Origin: Candidatus Kuenenia stuttgartensis
Lineage (GTDB): Bacteria > Planctomycetota > Brocadiia > Brocadiales > Brocadiaceae
Reading direction: 5' to 3'
DNA length: 32,000 bases
Assembly (NCBI RefSeq): GCF_900232105.1
Contig: NZ_LT934425.1
Location: forward strand, 2,610,001-2,642,000
Numbering within the stretch: the first letter of the stretch is position 1; every line of letters begins with the position of its first letter. The notes beneath the pieces are model-generated. The model saw only the letters and a list, made by a program, of their open reading frames with translations. It did not search any database and was not told where the DNA came from. Shown here piece by piece: positions 9,405 to 16,844 of this stretch. The translations under genes were made by a program, and so were the position numbers.

Positions 9405-10100
9405 TTACGGTTTGTTTTTATAAGCGTCAATCAATTCATCCCGCGTAAAGAGGGACTCAAATATAACCATTTTCTTTTCTATATTCTCCCTGCCGCCTTC
9501 CTGCCTGTCTACAAGCGCAATTACCTTAACAATTTCAAGTTTGTGTTCCCTTGCCCTGTCTATGGCCTGAATAGTAGAACCCCCTGTGGTAACCACATCG
9601 TCCACAATCACCACCTTATCGCCTTCCGACACATTGCCCTCAATAACCTTCATAAGCCCGTGTGATTTGGCTTCCTTCCTGATAACAAATGCCTGAACTG
9701 GTTTTACTCTGAGGTCTGACCATTGATCTCCGACCTCTGACCTCTGACCTCTGGCTTCTGACATAGCGCTTACCATGGCGGTTGCAAATGCTATAGGATC
9801 TGCGCCATGGGTTAGGCCGCCTATGGCATCTACGTCAAGATGCCTGATTTTTTCATAAAAAAGACTGCCAATAAGCAACATTGAGGATGGATTAAGGGTT
9901 GTCGCCTTACAATTAATATAATAATTGCTTGTCTTTCCGGATGTAAGCTTGAAAACAGGCCTTTCATCATACTTAAACGATCTTTCTATAAGTGCTTGCA
10001 GTAATGCTTTTCTGGCGTTATCGATGTTTATGGGCGAGTTTTGTACAGATTCAAAATTAATTGTCAATTGTATACTTCTCCTTTTTAAGCCGTCTTCCAT
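9405..10100 (-). CDS. pyrE: Orotate phosphoribosyltransferase carrying an in-frame repeat-encoded insertion
   Basis: 231 aa. FKLTSGKTSNYYINCK, IGGLTHGADPIAFA, FVIRKEAKSHG, and the PRPP motif VVIVDDVVTTGGS. The extra segment SEARGQRSEVGDQWSDLRV is encoded by the heptamer array at 9727-9782. Confidence 0.9.
   Translation of the reverse strand: MEDGLKRRSIQLTINFESVQNSPINIDNARKALLQALIERSFKYDERPVFKLTSGKTSNYYINCKATTLNPSSMLLIGSLFYEKIRHLDVDAIGGLTHGADPIAFATAMVSAMSEARGQRSEVGDQWSDLRVKPVQAFVIRKEAKSHGLMKVIEGNVSEGDKVVIVDDVVTTGGSTIQAIDRAREHKLEIVKVIALVDRQEGGRENIEKKMVIFESLFTRDELIDAYKNKP
9727..9782. repeat. Tandem heptamer array (8 units, consensus CTCTGAC) inside pyrE
   Basis: ctctgag gtctgac cattgat ctccgac ctctgac ctctgac ctctggc ttctgac, phased by hand. 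Confidence 0.85.
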
Positions 10101-10211
10101 GTTAATATCATCTCCGGATAGTTTGTAATCATTTTTTCAAAATAGGTGCTTGCCGGTGCAATTCTATCCCACATTAATATTGCCGGCTTCAGAAAGATAC
10201 GTTGCTATTTT

Positions 10212-10518
10212 TTATCTTTCATCGGCGCCAATGTTATCAAAATGTATACTGGCCAGATATGTTTTTTCCTTCGCCCCGGCATACATTCCATTTCTAACGC
10301 GCACAATTATTCCAAAGCCCTCAACAGTTTCGTTCTTAACAGGCAGATCAAATGTTATTTTAACCGGCGTAAAAGAGGGCAAATATTCTGTGGTCTCGCA
10401 ACACCCCCCCCCGTTCACTCAAATTTATGCTATTCGCGGGAAAAGTATTGCCATCCACACACAATGTGACAGGAAAGTTAGTCCCAAATCTTGGAGAAAC
10501 CCTTCTTTCTTCAGACAC
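10212..10518 (-). pseudogene. PilZ-domain protein, frameshifted in a G9 (C9 on +) homopolymer
   Basis: GTG at 10518 with AAAGGAG 9 nt upstream. Frame 1 reads VSEERRVSPRFGTNFPVTLCVDGNTFPANSINLSERGG (PilZ RRxxxR and N.SxxG motifs). The sequence continues in another frame as CCETTEYLPSFTPVKITFDLPVKNETVEGFGIIVRVRNG... (ORF 10212..10418). Total length is 307 nt, that is 3n+1. The C run occupies 10404-10412. Confidence 0.7.
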
Positions 10519-10541
10519 GTTATGCAACTCCTTTCATTTGC

Positions 10542-10625
10542 CTAATGATGTTTATAATAAACGTATAGCTCAATTAACAACGCGGTAATAACAATAATAG
10601 AAATAATGATAATTGTTTTTTTCAC
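10542..10625 (-). CDS. Candidate 27-aa hydrophobic peptide upstream of the PilZ gene
   Basis: GTG at 10625 preceded by a strong SD (GGAGGAGGG, 5 nt away). Translates to (M)KKTIIIISIIVITALLIELYVYYKHH. Confidence 0.3.
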   Translation of the reverse strand: MKKTIIIISIIVITALLIELYVYYKHH

Positions 10626-11079
10626 ATAACCCTCCTCCGGTTTAGAGAGTAATTTAGCAAAGGTGTAATGATTTTAAAAGTAAATATTTATTATTTTGCA
10701 ACAATATGCTAAAAAATGGAAAGAAAAGGAGTTGGCGGCACAAAACTGGAGTTCAACAACCCATGCTGAAGCAGTTGCGCAATCCACTCACAGTCCTTCA
10801 TGTCGGTCTTCCGGTCGGTTTACAATATACGCATGCCCCAGACACATTTTCATCGTTTCTGGGTGCCGCTAAAGCGGCATGATGACTGGTTCGTAAAACG
10901 TAAAATACGGGAAAAAATTTGCATTCTTCTTTATTTTTGTGTTACCATCCTTTCTTTTCCAGGGAAACGCAATTTCCTATCCTCTCTCCATTTAAAAGAA
11001 ACTTGATATTTTCAAACAGTGAATGATAGCCAATGACTCGAAAATAAGCCGCAACAAAAAAGTATAAAGATACCAATAT

Positions 11080-11247
11080 CGCCATGTGATCGGCCGCGAA
11101 ATCGGCGATCTCGGCAAGGTCATATGTACCCGCAAACCAACACGCTTGCCAGTGGTTATGACTCGCGATGAAGTGAAAGCTGTTCTTGCAAACTTGACGG
11201 ACGATAAGTGGTTCATGGCCTCGCTTATGTACGGCTCGGGGTTATAG
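11080..11247 (+). pseudogene. Fragment of a tyrosine recombinase, most like the integron-integrase (IntI) subfamily
   Basis: Hand translation ...RKPTRLPVVMTRDEVKAVLANLTDDKWFMASLMYGSGL* matches the IntI/Xer region RLPVVLT.dEv..ll..l.g...l.a.LLYGtGlR. Homology stops at a TAG (11245-11247), within the sequence GTTATAG. The upstream 10.75-11.08 kb is only faintly similar and is multiply disrupted. Confidence 0.65.
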
Positions 11248-11323
11248 TCAAAAGCGTCTGGTTTTAGAATAATAAACACACCCCTTATATGATGAGTAAT
11301 TTTAGAGAGATAGGAGGTTATCA

Positions 11324-11539
11324 ATGAAATTTACAGCAATTATTGAACGTGAATGTGATGGACATGTATCACTGTGTCCGGAGTTAGATATTGCAAGCCA
11401 AGGTGATAGTATTGAACAAGCACGGGACAACCTTCGGGAAGCATTAGAACTGTTTTTTGAGACAGCATCCGCTGAAGAGATAAAACATCGACTTCACGAT
11501 GATGTTTTCGTAACGCAGGTTGAGGTGGCAGTTGGGTAA
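11324..11539 (+). CDS. hicB: HicB-family antitoxin (UPF0150)
   Basis: 71 aa: MKFTAIIERECDGHVSLCPELDIASQGDSIEQARDNLREALELFFE. GGAGG lies 7 nt upstream. Overlaps the hicA start. Confidence 0.85.
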   Translation: MKFTAIIERECDGHVSLCPELDIASQGDSIEQARDNLREALELFFETASAEEIKHRLHDDVFVTQVEVAVG

Positions 11540-11752
11540 ACTCCGAGTTTTGTCTGGCAAAGATGTATGCTCGATTTTGGCAGCACATGGTTTCATAGAA
11601 GTGCGTCGCCGTGGTAGCCACATCGTCATGCAAAAAAACTTCCCCAAGGCACAATAACGGTTACTGTCCCAGACCTTGATGAAGTCAGAATTGGAACGCT
11701 TCAATCCATCATCCGTCAATCAGGGCTGCCTCGGGGTGAATTTGAAACATGA
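11532..11752 (+). pseudogene. hicA: HicA-family toxin, frameshifted in an A7 tract
   Basis: TTG at 11532. Frame 1 reads LGKLRVLSGKDVCSILAAHGFIEVRRRGSHIVMQK, then a stop at 11655-11657. The +1 frame continues KKLPQGTITVTVPDLDEVRIGTLQSIIRQSGLPRGEFET*. An eighth A in caaaaaaac (11631-11639) would restore one HicA ORF. Length is 221 nt, that is 3n+2. Confidence 0.8.
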
Positions 11753-11761
11753 GGATTTGGT

Positions 11762-11833
11762 GTCTAACAAACCGCTGCACCTGACCGCGATTCCGCTGCG
11801 CTCCATAGCGGCAGGTGGGCTTTGTCGTTATGC
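11762..11833 (+). repeat. attC-like imperfect palindrome after the hicBA cassette
   Basis: GTCTAAC (fits RYYYAAC) at 11762-11768 and GTTATGC at 11827-11833. Between them, hand-paired stems aaa/ttt, cc/gg, cacctg/caggtg and ccgc/gcgg, with bulged bases. Confidence 0.35.
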
Positions 11834-11929
11834 GGTATAATTAAATCATTGGTGTCCAATAAGGCCACTGGCTTCTTGAAAATTTAATTTAGATAAGAGT
11901 GTAATTAAATATAAAACATTGGAGGGGAT

Positions 11930-12217
11930 GTGAGAACCCCTGAAGAGTCAAAGATCGTATGGACTGACTATATGAAATATAGAGCCGAATTAAGAGGATT
12001 TGAACTACTTAAGGTTGAAAATATATTGCGGTATTCGGGAGAAATATACTTCGATACTGCAACCCAACGTTTAATTGCAGTAGGTAAACATGATGATAGA
12101 CTGGTTATAATTCCATATGAGAAACAGGGGTGTGAAATAACACCTATCTCAATTCATGCTACTACGCGTCAACAAATTAATTTCCGACTTAAAACGGGGA
12201 GGTTCATATATGGATAA
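11930..12217 (+). CDS. DUF4258-like small protein (putative toxin of a DUF4258/DUF2283 pair)
   Basis: 95 aa with a GTG start preceded by GGAGG. IVWTDYMKYRAELRGFELLKVENIL...LVIIPYEK...ITPISIH. 8-nt overlap (ATGGATAA) with the next gene. Confidence 0.6.
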   Translation: MRTPEESKIVWTDYMKYRAELRGFELLKVENILRYSGEIYFDTATQRLIAVGKHDDRLVIIPYEKQGCEITPISIHATTRQQINFRLKTGRFIYG

Positions 12218-12437
12218 AACAAAGATGGCATATTTTAAAGATGAAGATATTCTGCATATAATTATCTCTGAGGAAAAAGAAGCAGATAGCATTGAGTTAA
12301 GCCCGAATATTACAGCGGAGCTGAATGAAAGCGGAGAATTAATTGGCATAGAAATATTAGAGGCAAGTTCTTTTCTTCGCGATTCAATATTGGAATCATC
12401 ACAAGCTAAAATACTTAAATTAAAAAAAACCGTATAA
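12210..12437 (+). CDS. DUF2283-family protein (putative antitoxin)
   Basis: 75 aa from the ATG at 12210 (GGGGAGG 7 nt upstream). MDKTKMAYFKDEDILHIIISEEKEADSIELSPNITAELNESGELIGIEILEAS fits the pattern YD.e.D.l.i.l....s.e....vd.d..G.lvGiEil.As. Confidence 0.75.
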   Translation: MDKTKMAYFKDEDILHIIISEEKEADSIELSPNITAELNESGELIGIEILEASSFLRDSILESSQAKILKLKKTV

Positions 12438-12490
12438 CAATCAAATTCAGCGGACGGCTAATAGTCCACCGCTGATTTCTGTCGTTATGT
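12432..12490 (+). repeat. attC-like imperfect palindrome after the DUF4258/DUF2283 cassette
   Basis: GTATAAC (12432-12438) and GTTATGT (12484-12490). Inner stem aaat(t)cagcgg / ccgctgattt has 10 bp with one bulged T. The ending tgtcGTTATG is shared with the 11762-11833 element while the centre differs. Confidence 0.35.
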
Positions 12491-12653
12491 TTCACGATGA
12501 CTGGAGTGCGGCATGAAGCTGGAAAGCTTTGGCGATGTACTTGCATCCATAAGGAAGAACTCTATTGATCCCTCAGATTACAGCGATTGTACGGGTGCAT
12601 TCCTGATTTTTTGTAACTTCCGCTATGTTTTAATGAAACGTTGCAGTAGTGTT

Positions 12654-12668
12654 AACCCTGACAGGGTT
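12654..12668. repeat. Single REP unit AACCCTGACAGGGTT
   Basis: Exact 15-nt palindrome of the family that flanks the RAYT gene. Confidence 0.8.
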
Positions 12669-12771
12669 GTTTCGTCCTGACCCCATCATTAACGGTTACA
12701 AAAAAACGGGAATGCTCCCGATTGTACAGATTAAAAAAACGTAGGAACACGGAGCACCATGTCCCTGCAAT

Positions 12772-12928
12772 TGACCAATGACCAATGACGAAACACCTTC
12801 TAATTACAAGCCCAAATTCCGCAGACAAGGAAAAATGTTCAATATTCAATTCTCAATGTTCAATTCTCAAATTGTTGCTCATTTGCCTCTATTCTTTTAC
12901 ATTGAGCATTGAATATTGAATATTAATT
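12772..12928. repeat. Heptamer-periodic repeat block (TGACCAA x3, then AATNYTC arrays forming a long hairpin)
   Basis: tgaccaa tgaccaa tgacgaa (12772-12792). aatgttc aatattc aattctc aatgttc aattctc (12834-12868), opposed by attgagc attgaat attgaat (12901-12921). Confidence 0.8.
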
Positions 12929-12961
12929 TTCAAAAAGGTGCTAACGGAGCTTTTCGCGGTG

Positions 12962-12986
12962 TTTTTTCAAAAATCTAAAGTGTTAC
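12962..12986. repeat. Solo copy of the TTTTCAAAAAYCTAAAGTGTTAC motif, 13 nt upstream of the helicase start
   Basis: ttttttcaaaaatctaaagtgttac. A weaker second copy (ttttcaaaaaggtgctaac) lies at about 12927-12945. Confidence 0.6.
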
Positions 12987-12999
12987 AAAAGACTTCTTA

Positions 13000-15900
13000 A
13001 TGAAGATGGGGAATAGCCGCATTGTGAACTCAGATTTAACCTTTATTACCAATGAAGAAAATAGAAGCCTCCTGGAAAGATTCAGGGTCCTTATTGCAGA
13101 CACCCGGCTCTTTGATGTACTCGTTGGTTATTTCTATACCAGCGGATTCCATGCCATCTACAAATCCCTGGAAGATACCGAAAAGATCAGGATTCTTATC
13201 GGGATAAGTACAAACAAACAGGCAATAGAACTCATTCAAAAAGCAAAAAACAATCACCAGCCATTCCTTCCATATTCTCACGCCGAAGTAAAAGAACAAT
13301 TCGAACAATCTGTCACGGAAGAAGTAGAAAATGCTGAGGATAGAACAGAAGTTGAAGGGGGGATCCTTAAGTTTATTGAATGGCTGAAAAACGGAAAACT
13401 GGAAATCAGGGCTTATCCCACCGAAAATATCCACGCAAAGCTTTACATTATGACTTTTGTGGAAGGTGACAGGGATACCGGGAGAGTCATTACCGGGTCT
13501 AGTAATTTTACTCAATCAGGCCTTGTTGATAACCTTGAATTTAATGTAGAGTTAAAAACCAGGGCGGATTATGAATTTGCACTCCAAAAATTCAATGAAC
13601 TGTGGAAAGACGCCGTTGATGTAAGGGAACGATATATCTATACGATTCAAATAAAGACATGGCTGAACAACACCATTACCCCTTACGAATTGTATCTGAA
13701 ATTTTTATATGAATATTTCAAAGACGAACTCAGTCAGGCAGATGAAGTGTTTTTGAAATATCTTCCCCATGAATTTAAAAAACTGGAATATCAGGAGCAG
13801 GCAGTTTTAAACGCCAGGAAGATACTTCTGGAATACGGCGGCGTTTTTATCTCTGATGTTGTAGGGTTAGGCAAGACATACATATCGGCAATGCTGGCAG
13901 GACAGCTTGACGGCAGGACACTTGTCATTGCCCCTCCTGTGCTGCTTGAAAGATCGAATCCCGGTTCATGGACTAATGTATTTTCCGATTTCAGGGTATC
14001 GGCGGATTTTGAATCACTCGGTAAATTGGATGACCTTATTGACAGAGGGACAGAGAAATACACCAATATTATCATTGATGAGGCACACCGTTTTAGAACG
14101 GAAACAACGGTTACCTATGAGAAATTGGCGGAAATCTGCCGTGGCAAAAGAATTATTCTTGTAACGGCAACGCCTTATAACAATGCGCCAAAAGATATTT
14201 TAAGTCTTTTAAAATTATTTCAAAAAGCCAAAAAAAGCACTATTCCAAATCTTCAGGACATGGAAGGCTTCTTTAATGGACTAGATAAAAAGTTAAAAAA
14301 ACTGGACAGGCAGAAAGATTATATTAGATACATAAATACGGTAAAAGAAAATGCGCGGGAATTACGGGAAAAAGTCCTCAAATATCTCATGGTTCGCCGT
14401 ACCCGAACAGAGATTGAGAGATATTTTGGTGAAGACATAAAGAGCCAAAACATTAGATTCCCTTACGTTGAAAAGCCTGTTCCTCTTTTTTATGAACTCA
14501 ACGATACGGAGGATGAAATATTCAGCAAAACCATAGCATTGATAGCGCAAAAATTCAAATACGCCCGTTATATGCCTATGCTTTATTATGACGGTAAAGT
14601 TGGCCAGCTTGAAAAGCAGTCACAGAAAAACATGGGCAAGTTTATGAAAATACTGCTTGTTAAGCGTCTTGAAAGCAGTTTCTTTGCATTTAAAAATTCG
14701 GTGGACAGATTCCTCCGCTCTTACGAGATGTTTATAAAAGAGCTTGATGACGGAAGTGTTTATATAAGCAAGAAACACACTGGTAAAATATTTGAGTTGC
14801 TTGATAGTGACGATGATGAAGCCGTCCAGCGATTGATAGAGGAAGGCAAGGCGGAAAGATATGCAAGCAGTGAATTTAGAGAAGGCTTAAGAGATGATTT
14901 ACAGCACGACCATGACATTCTGCTTGAAATTAAAAAACTATGGCATCACATTGACCGCGACCCAAAGCTTTTAAAATTTTTGTGGGAATTATCCAAAAAC
15001 CCGGTCTTAAAAGAGAATCATCTGATTATCTTTACGGAATCAAAGGAAACCGCAAACTATCTGTTCAAAAACATAAATGAACATTATCCGGATAAGGTGC
15101 TGTGTTTTACTGGTGATTCAAGCGAGGCAACGCGAGACAAGGTTATTGAAAATTTTGACGCCAAAGCACGTCATCCTAAGGAAGATTACCGGATACTGGT
15201 CTCTACAGAAGTATTGGCTGAAGGCGTTAACCTGCACCGTTCCAATACAGTGATAAATTACGATATCCCCTGGAATCCTACCCGCATGATGCAGCGCGTA
15301 GGGCGTGTCAACCGCGTGGATACGCTATTTGAAACGATACATACCTTTAATTTTTTCCCGACCAAACAATCGAATGACCAGATAAAACTGAAAGAAGCGG
15401 CAGAGGCTAAAATCAATGCCTTCTTAACCCTGCTTGGAGGCGACGCAGAACTTTTAACAGAAGGAGAACCCATAGGCTCGCATGAATTATTTAACAGGTT
15501 GATTTCCAGACAAACGCTGGAAGGTGAGGAAGGGTCGGAGGAAAGCGAATTGAAATACCTCCAGGTCATTAAAGAGATTCGCGATAAAGACCCCGACCTT
15601 TTTGAAAAAATAAAACGCCTCCCCAAAAAGGCGCGCACTGCAAAAACCCTGACAGGGTTCTCAACCCTGTCAGGGTTAATTACCTACTTCAGACGGGGAA
15701 AACTCCAGAAATTTTTCAAAGCCGGCAGTAAAAATGTGGCGGAAGAACTGGATTTCATATCTGCGGCAAAGATTTTGGAAAGCGCCCCTGATGAAGAAAA
15801 GAAAGACCTTCCCGGACACTTTTACGAACTTCTGGATAAAAACAAAGCGGCATTTATCTTAGCGACAACGGAAGAAGTGCCGCAGCAATGGCAAAGGGGC

Positions 15901-16224
15901 GGACGTGACAGCACGGCAAGTATCCTGAGAATTTTAAAGGCAACCACGAAGAACACCCAAAAACTGACAGAAGACCAGGAACTATACCTCAAAAAAGTCC
16001 TCACCCAACTCGAGGAAGGCGGACTGCCCAAACAGACTGCAACGCAAACACTGAAAACCCTGAATGCGCTGAAGAATGAAATCGTTAACCCCCTCAAGGT
16101 ACTGGCAGTACTTCGGACGCATATACCGAAAAAACTTCTGGAAGAACATTATGCTGAGCAAAACCCAGCGGTATTTGGCAAGCGGGAAGTCATATTATCA
16201 TTATATTTGACAGCAAAACCCTGA
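13000..16224 (+). CDS. HKD/PLD-family nuclease domain fused to an SNF2-family helicase (defence-type helicase-nuclease)
   Basis: 1074 aa. One HKD motif, NIHAKLYIM...VITGSSNFTQSGL. Helicase motifs DVVGLGKT (I), IIIDEAHRFR (II), VTATPYNN (III), EGVNLH...NYDIPWNPTRMMQRVGRVNR (V/VI). Contains an in-frame REP doublet, and its stop codon lies inside a REP. Confidence 0.9.
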   Translation: MKMGNSRIVNSDLTFITNEENRSLLERFRVLIADTRLFDVLVGYFYTSGFHAIYKSLEDTEKIRILIGISTNKQAIELIQKAKNNHQPFLPYSHAEVKEQFEQSVTEEVENAEDRTEVEGGILKFIEWLKNGKLEIRAYPTENIHAKLYIMTFVEGDRDTGRVITGSSNFTQSGLVDNLEFNVELKTRADYEFALQKFNELWKDAVDVRERYIYTIQIKTWLNNTITPYELYLKFLYEYFKDELSQADEVFLKYLPHEFKKLEYQEQAVLNARKILLEYGGVFISDVVGLGKTYISAMLAGQLDGRTLVIAPPVLLERSNPGSWTNVFSDFRVSADFESLGKLDDLIDRGTEKYTNIIIDEAHRFRTETTVTYEKLAEICRGKRIILVTATPYNNAPKDILSLLKLFQKAKKSTIPNLQDMEGFFNGLDKKLKKLDRQKDYIRYINTVKENARELREKVLKYLMVRRTRTEIERYFGEDIKSQNIRFPYVEKPVPLFYELNDTEDEIFSKTIALIAQKFKYARYMPMLYYDGKVGQLEKQSQKNMGKFMKILLVKRLESSFFAFKNSVDRFLRSYEMFIKELDDGSVYISKKHTGKIFELLDSDDDEAVQRLIEEGKAERYASSEFREGLRDDLQHDHDILLEIKKLWHHIDRDPKLLKFLWELSKNPVLKENHLIIFTESKETANYLFKNINEHYPDKVLCFTGDSSEATRDKVIENFDAKARHPKEDYRILVSTEVLAEGVNLHRSNTVINYDIPWNPTRMMQRVGRVNRVDTLFETIHTFNFFPTKQSNDQIKLKEAAEAKINAFLTLLGGDAELLTEGEPIGSHELFNRLISRQTLEGEEGSEESELKYLQVIKEIRDKDPDLFEKIKRLPKKARTAKTLTGFSTLSGLITYFRRGKLQKFFKAGSKNVAEELDFISAAKILESAPDEEKKDLPGHFYELLDKNKAAFILATTEEVPQQWQRGGRDSTASILRILKATTKNTQKLTEDQELYLKKVLTQLEEGGLPKQTATQTLKTLNALKNEIVNPLKVLAVLRTHIPKKLLEEHYAEQNPAVFGKREVILSLYLTAKP
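15645..15677. repeat. 33-bp REP doublet inside the helicase ORF (in frame)
   Basis: aaccctgacagggtt-ctc-aaccctgtcagggtt, translated as (K)TLTGFSTLSGL. Confidence 0.9.
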
Positions 16225-16249
16225 CAGGGTTCTTAACCCTGTCAGGGTT
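16217..16249. repeat. 33-bp REP doublet, left flank of the RAYT; supplies the helicase stop codon
   Basis: aaccctgacagggtt-ctt-aaccctgtcagggtt. The helicase TGA (16222-16224) is the cccTGAcag of the first unit. Confidence 0.9.
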
Positions 16250-16270
16250 ACTTGTCCTTGGAGGAAGACA

Positions 16271-16834
16271 ATGAGCACAACTATCACGCCACTGTTACCA
16301 GGACACTGGTATCATATTTATAACCGGGGTATCAATGGCGAAACCATTTATCACACCGAGGCAAATTACCAATATTTTCTGGACTTGCTCGCCAAATATG
16401 TTTTTCTCACAGCAAAAGTATATGCCTATTGTCTTATGAAGAACCATTTTCACCTGTTGGTTTCTATTCATGATGATACAAAGAGAAAGCCACATCTGTA
16501 TTTTTCAGATATGTTTAACAGCTATACACAAGGGCTTAACAAACACCTGGGAAGGACGGGGAGTCTCTTCGAACGCCCCTTTCGCCGTAAGGTGATTTCA
16601 TCCGAAAAACAGCGGGTTCAGGTGACTTTATATATACACAACAATCCCAGGCATCATGGTATCATGAACGACATTGCGAAGTACCAATACTCTTCTTACA
16701 GGGCAGTGATGTCAAGCGCCCCAACGAAAGTAGAGCGTGAAGAAGTGCTTTCGTGGTTTGGTGGGCGTGATAGTTTTGTGGCTTATCATGGTGCCAGTCG
16801 TGATGACATTTCAGATGATTTAACATTGGAGTAA
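16271..16834 (+). CDS. REP-associated tyrosine transposase (RAYT; IS200/IS605 Y1-transposase superfamily)
   Basis: 187 aa. WYHIYNRGINGETIY, HUH motif AYCLMKNHFHLLV, catalytic-Tyr region TLYIHNNPRHHG, and FNSYTQGLNKHLGRTGSLFERPFRRK. Flanked on both sides by REP doublets. Confidence 0.85.
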   Translation: MSTTITPLLPGHWYHIYNRGINGETIYHTEANYQYFLDLLAKYVFLTAKVYAYCLMKNHFHLLVSIHDDTKRKPHLYFSDMFNSYTQGLNKHLGRTGSLFERPFRRKVISSEKQRVQVTLYIHNNPRHHGIMNDIAKYQYSSYRAVMSSAPTKVEREEVLSWFGGRDSFVAYHGASRDDISDDLTLE

Positions 16835-16844
16835 ATTTACCGTC

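Noticed and set aside
10146-10545. Two + strand ORFs (107 and 131 aa)
   Set aside because: They are antisense to the PilZ reading frames, which carry recognisable motifs and an SD.
10992-11324. 110-aa minus-strand ORF, and ORF 10800..11006
   Set aside because: These overlap the + strand recombinase fragment, whose translation has a clear family match. The region is better read as decayed integrase DNA.
11631-11639. Programmed ribosomal frameshifting at the hicA A7 tract
   Set aside because: No downstream stimulatory structure or precedent is known to me for HicA. A simple 1-nt deletion or a homopolymer sequencing error is more parsimonious.
12513-12680. 55-aa ORF (MKLESFGDVLASIRKNS...) after the second attC-like element
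   Set aside because: No SD and no recognisable family. Its 3' end is read through a REP unit. It is possibly a cassette relic, but this is unsupported.
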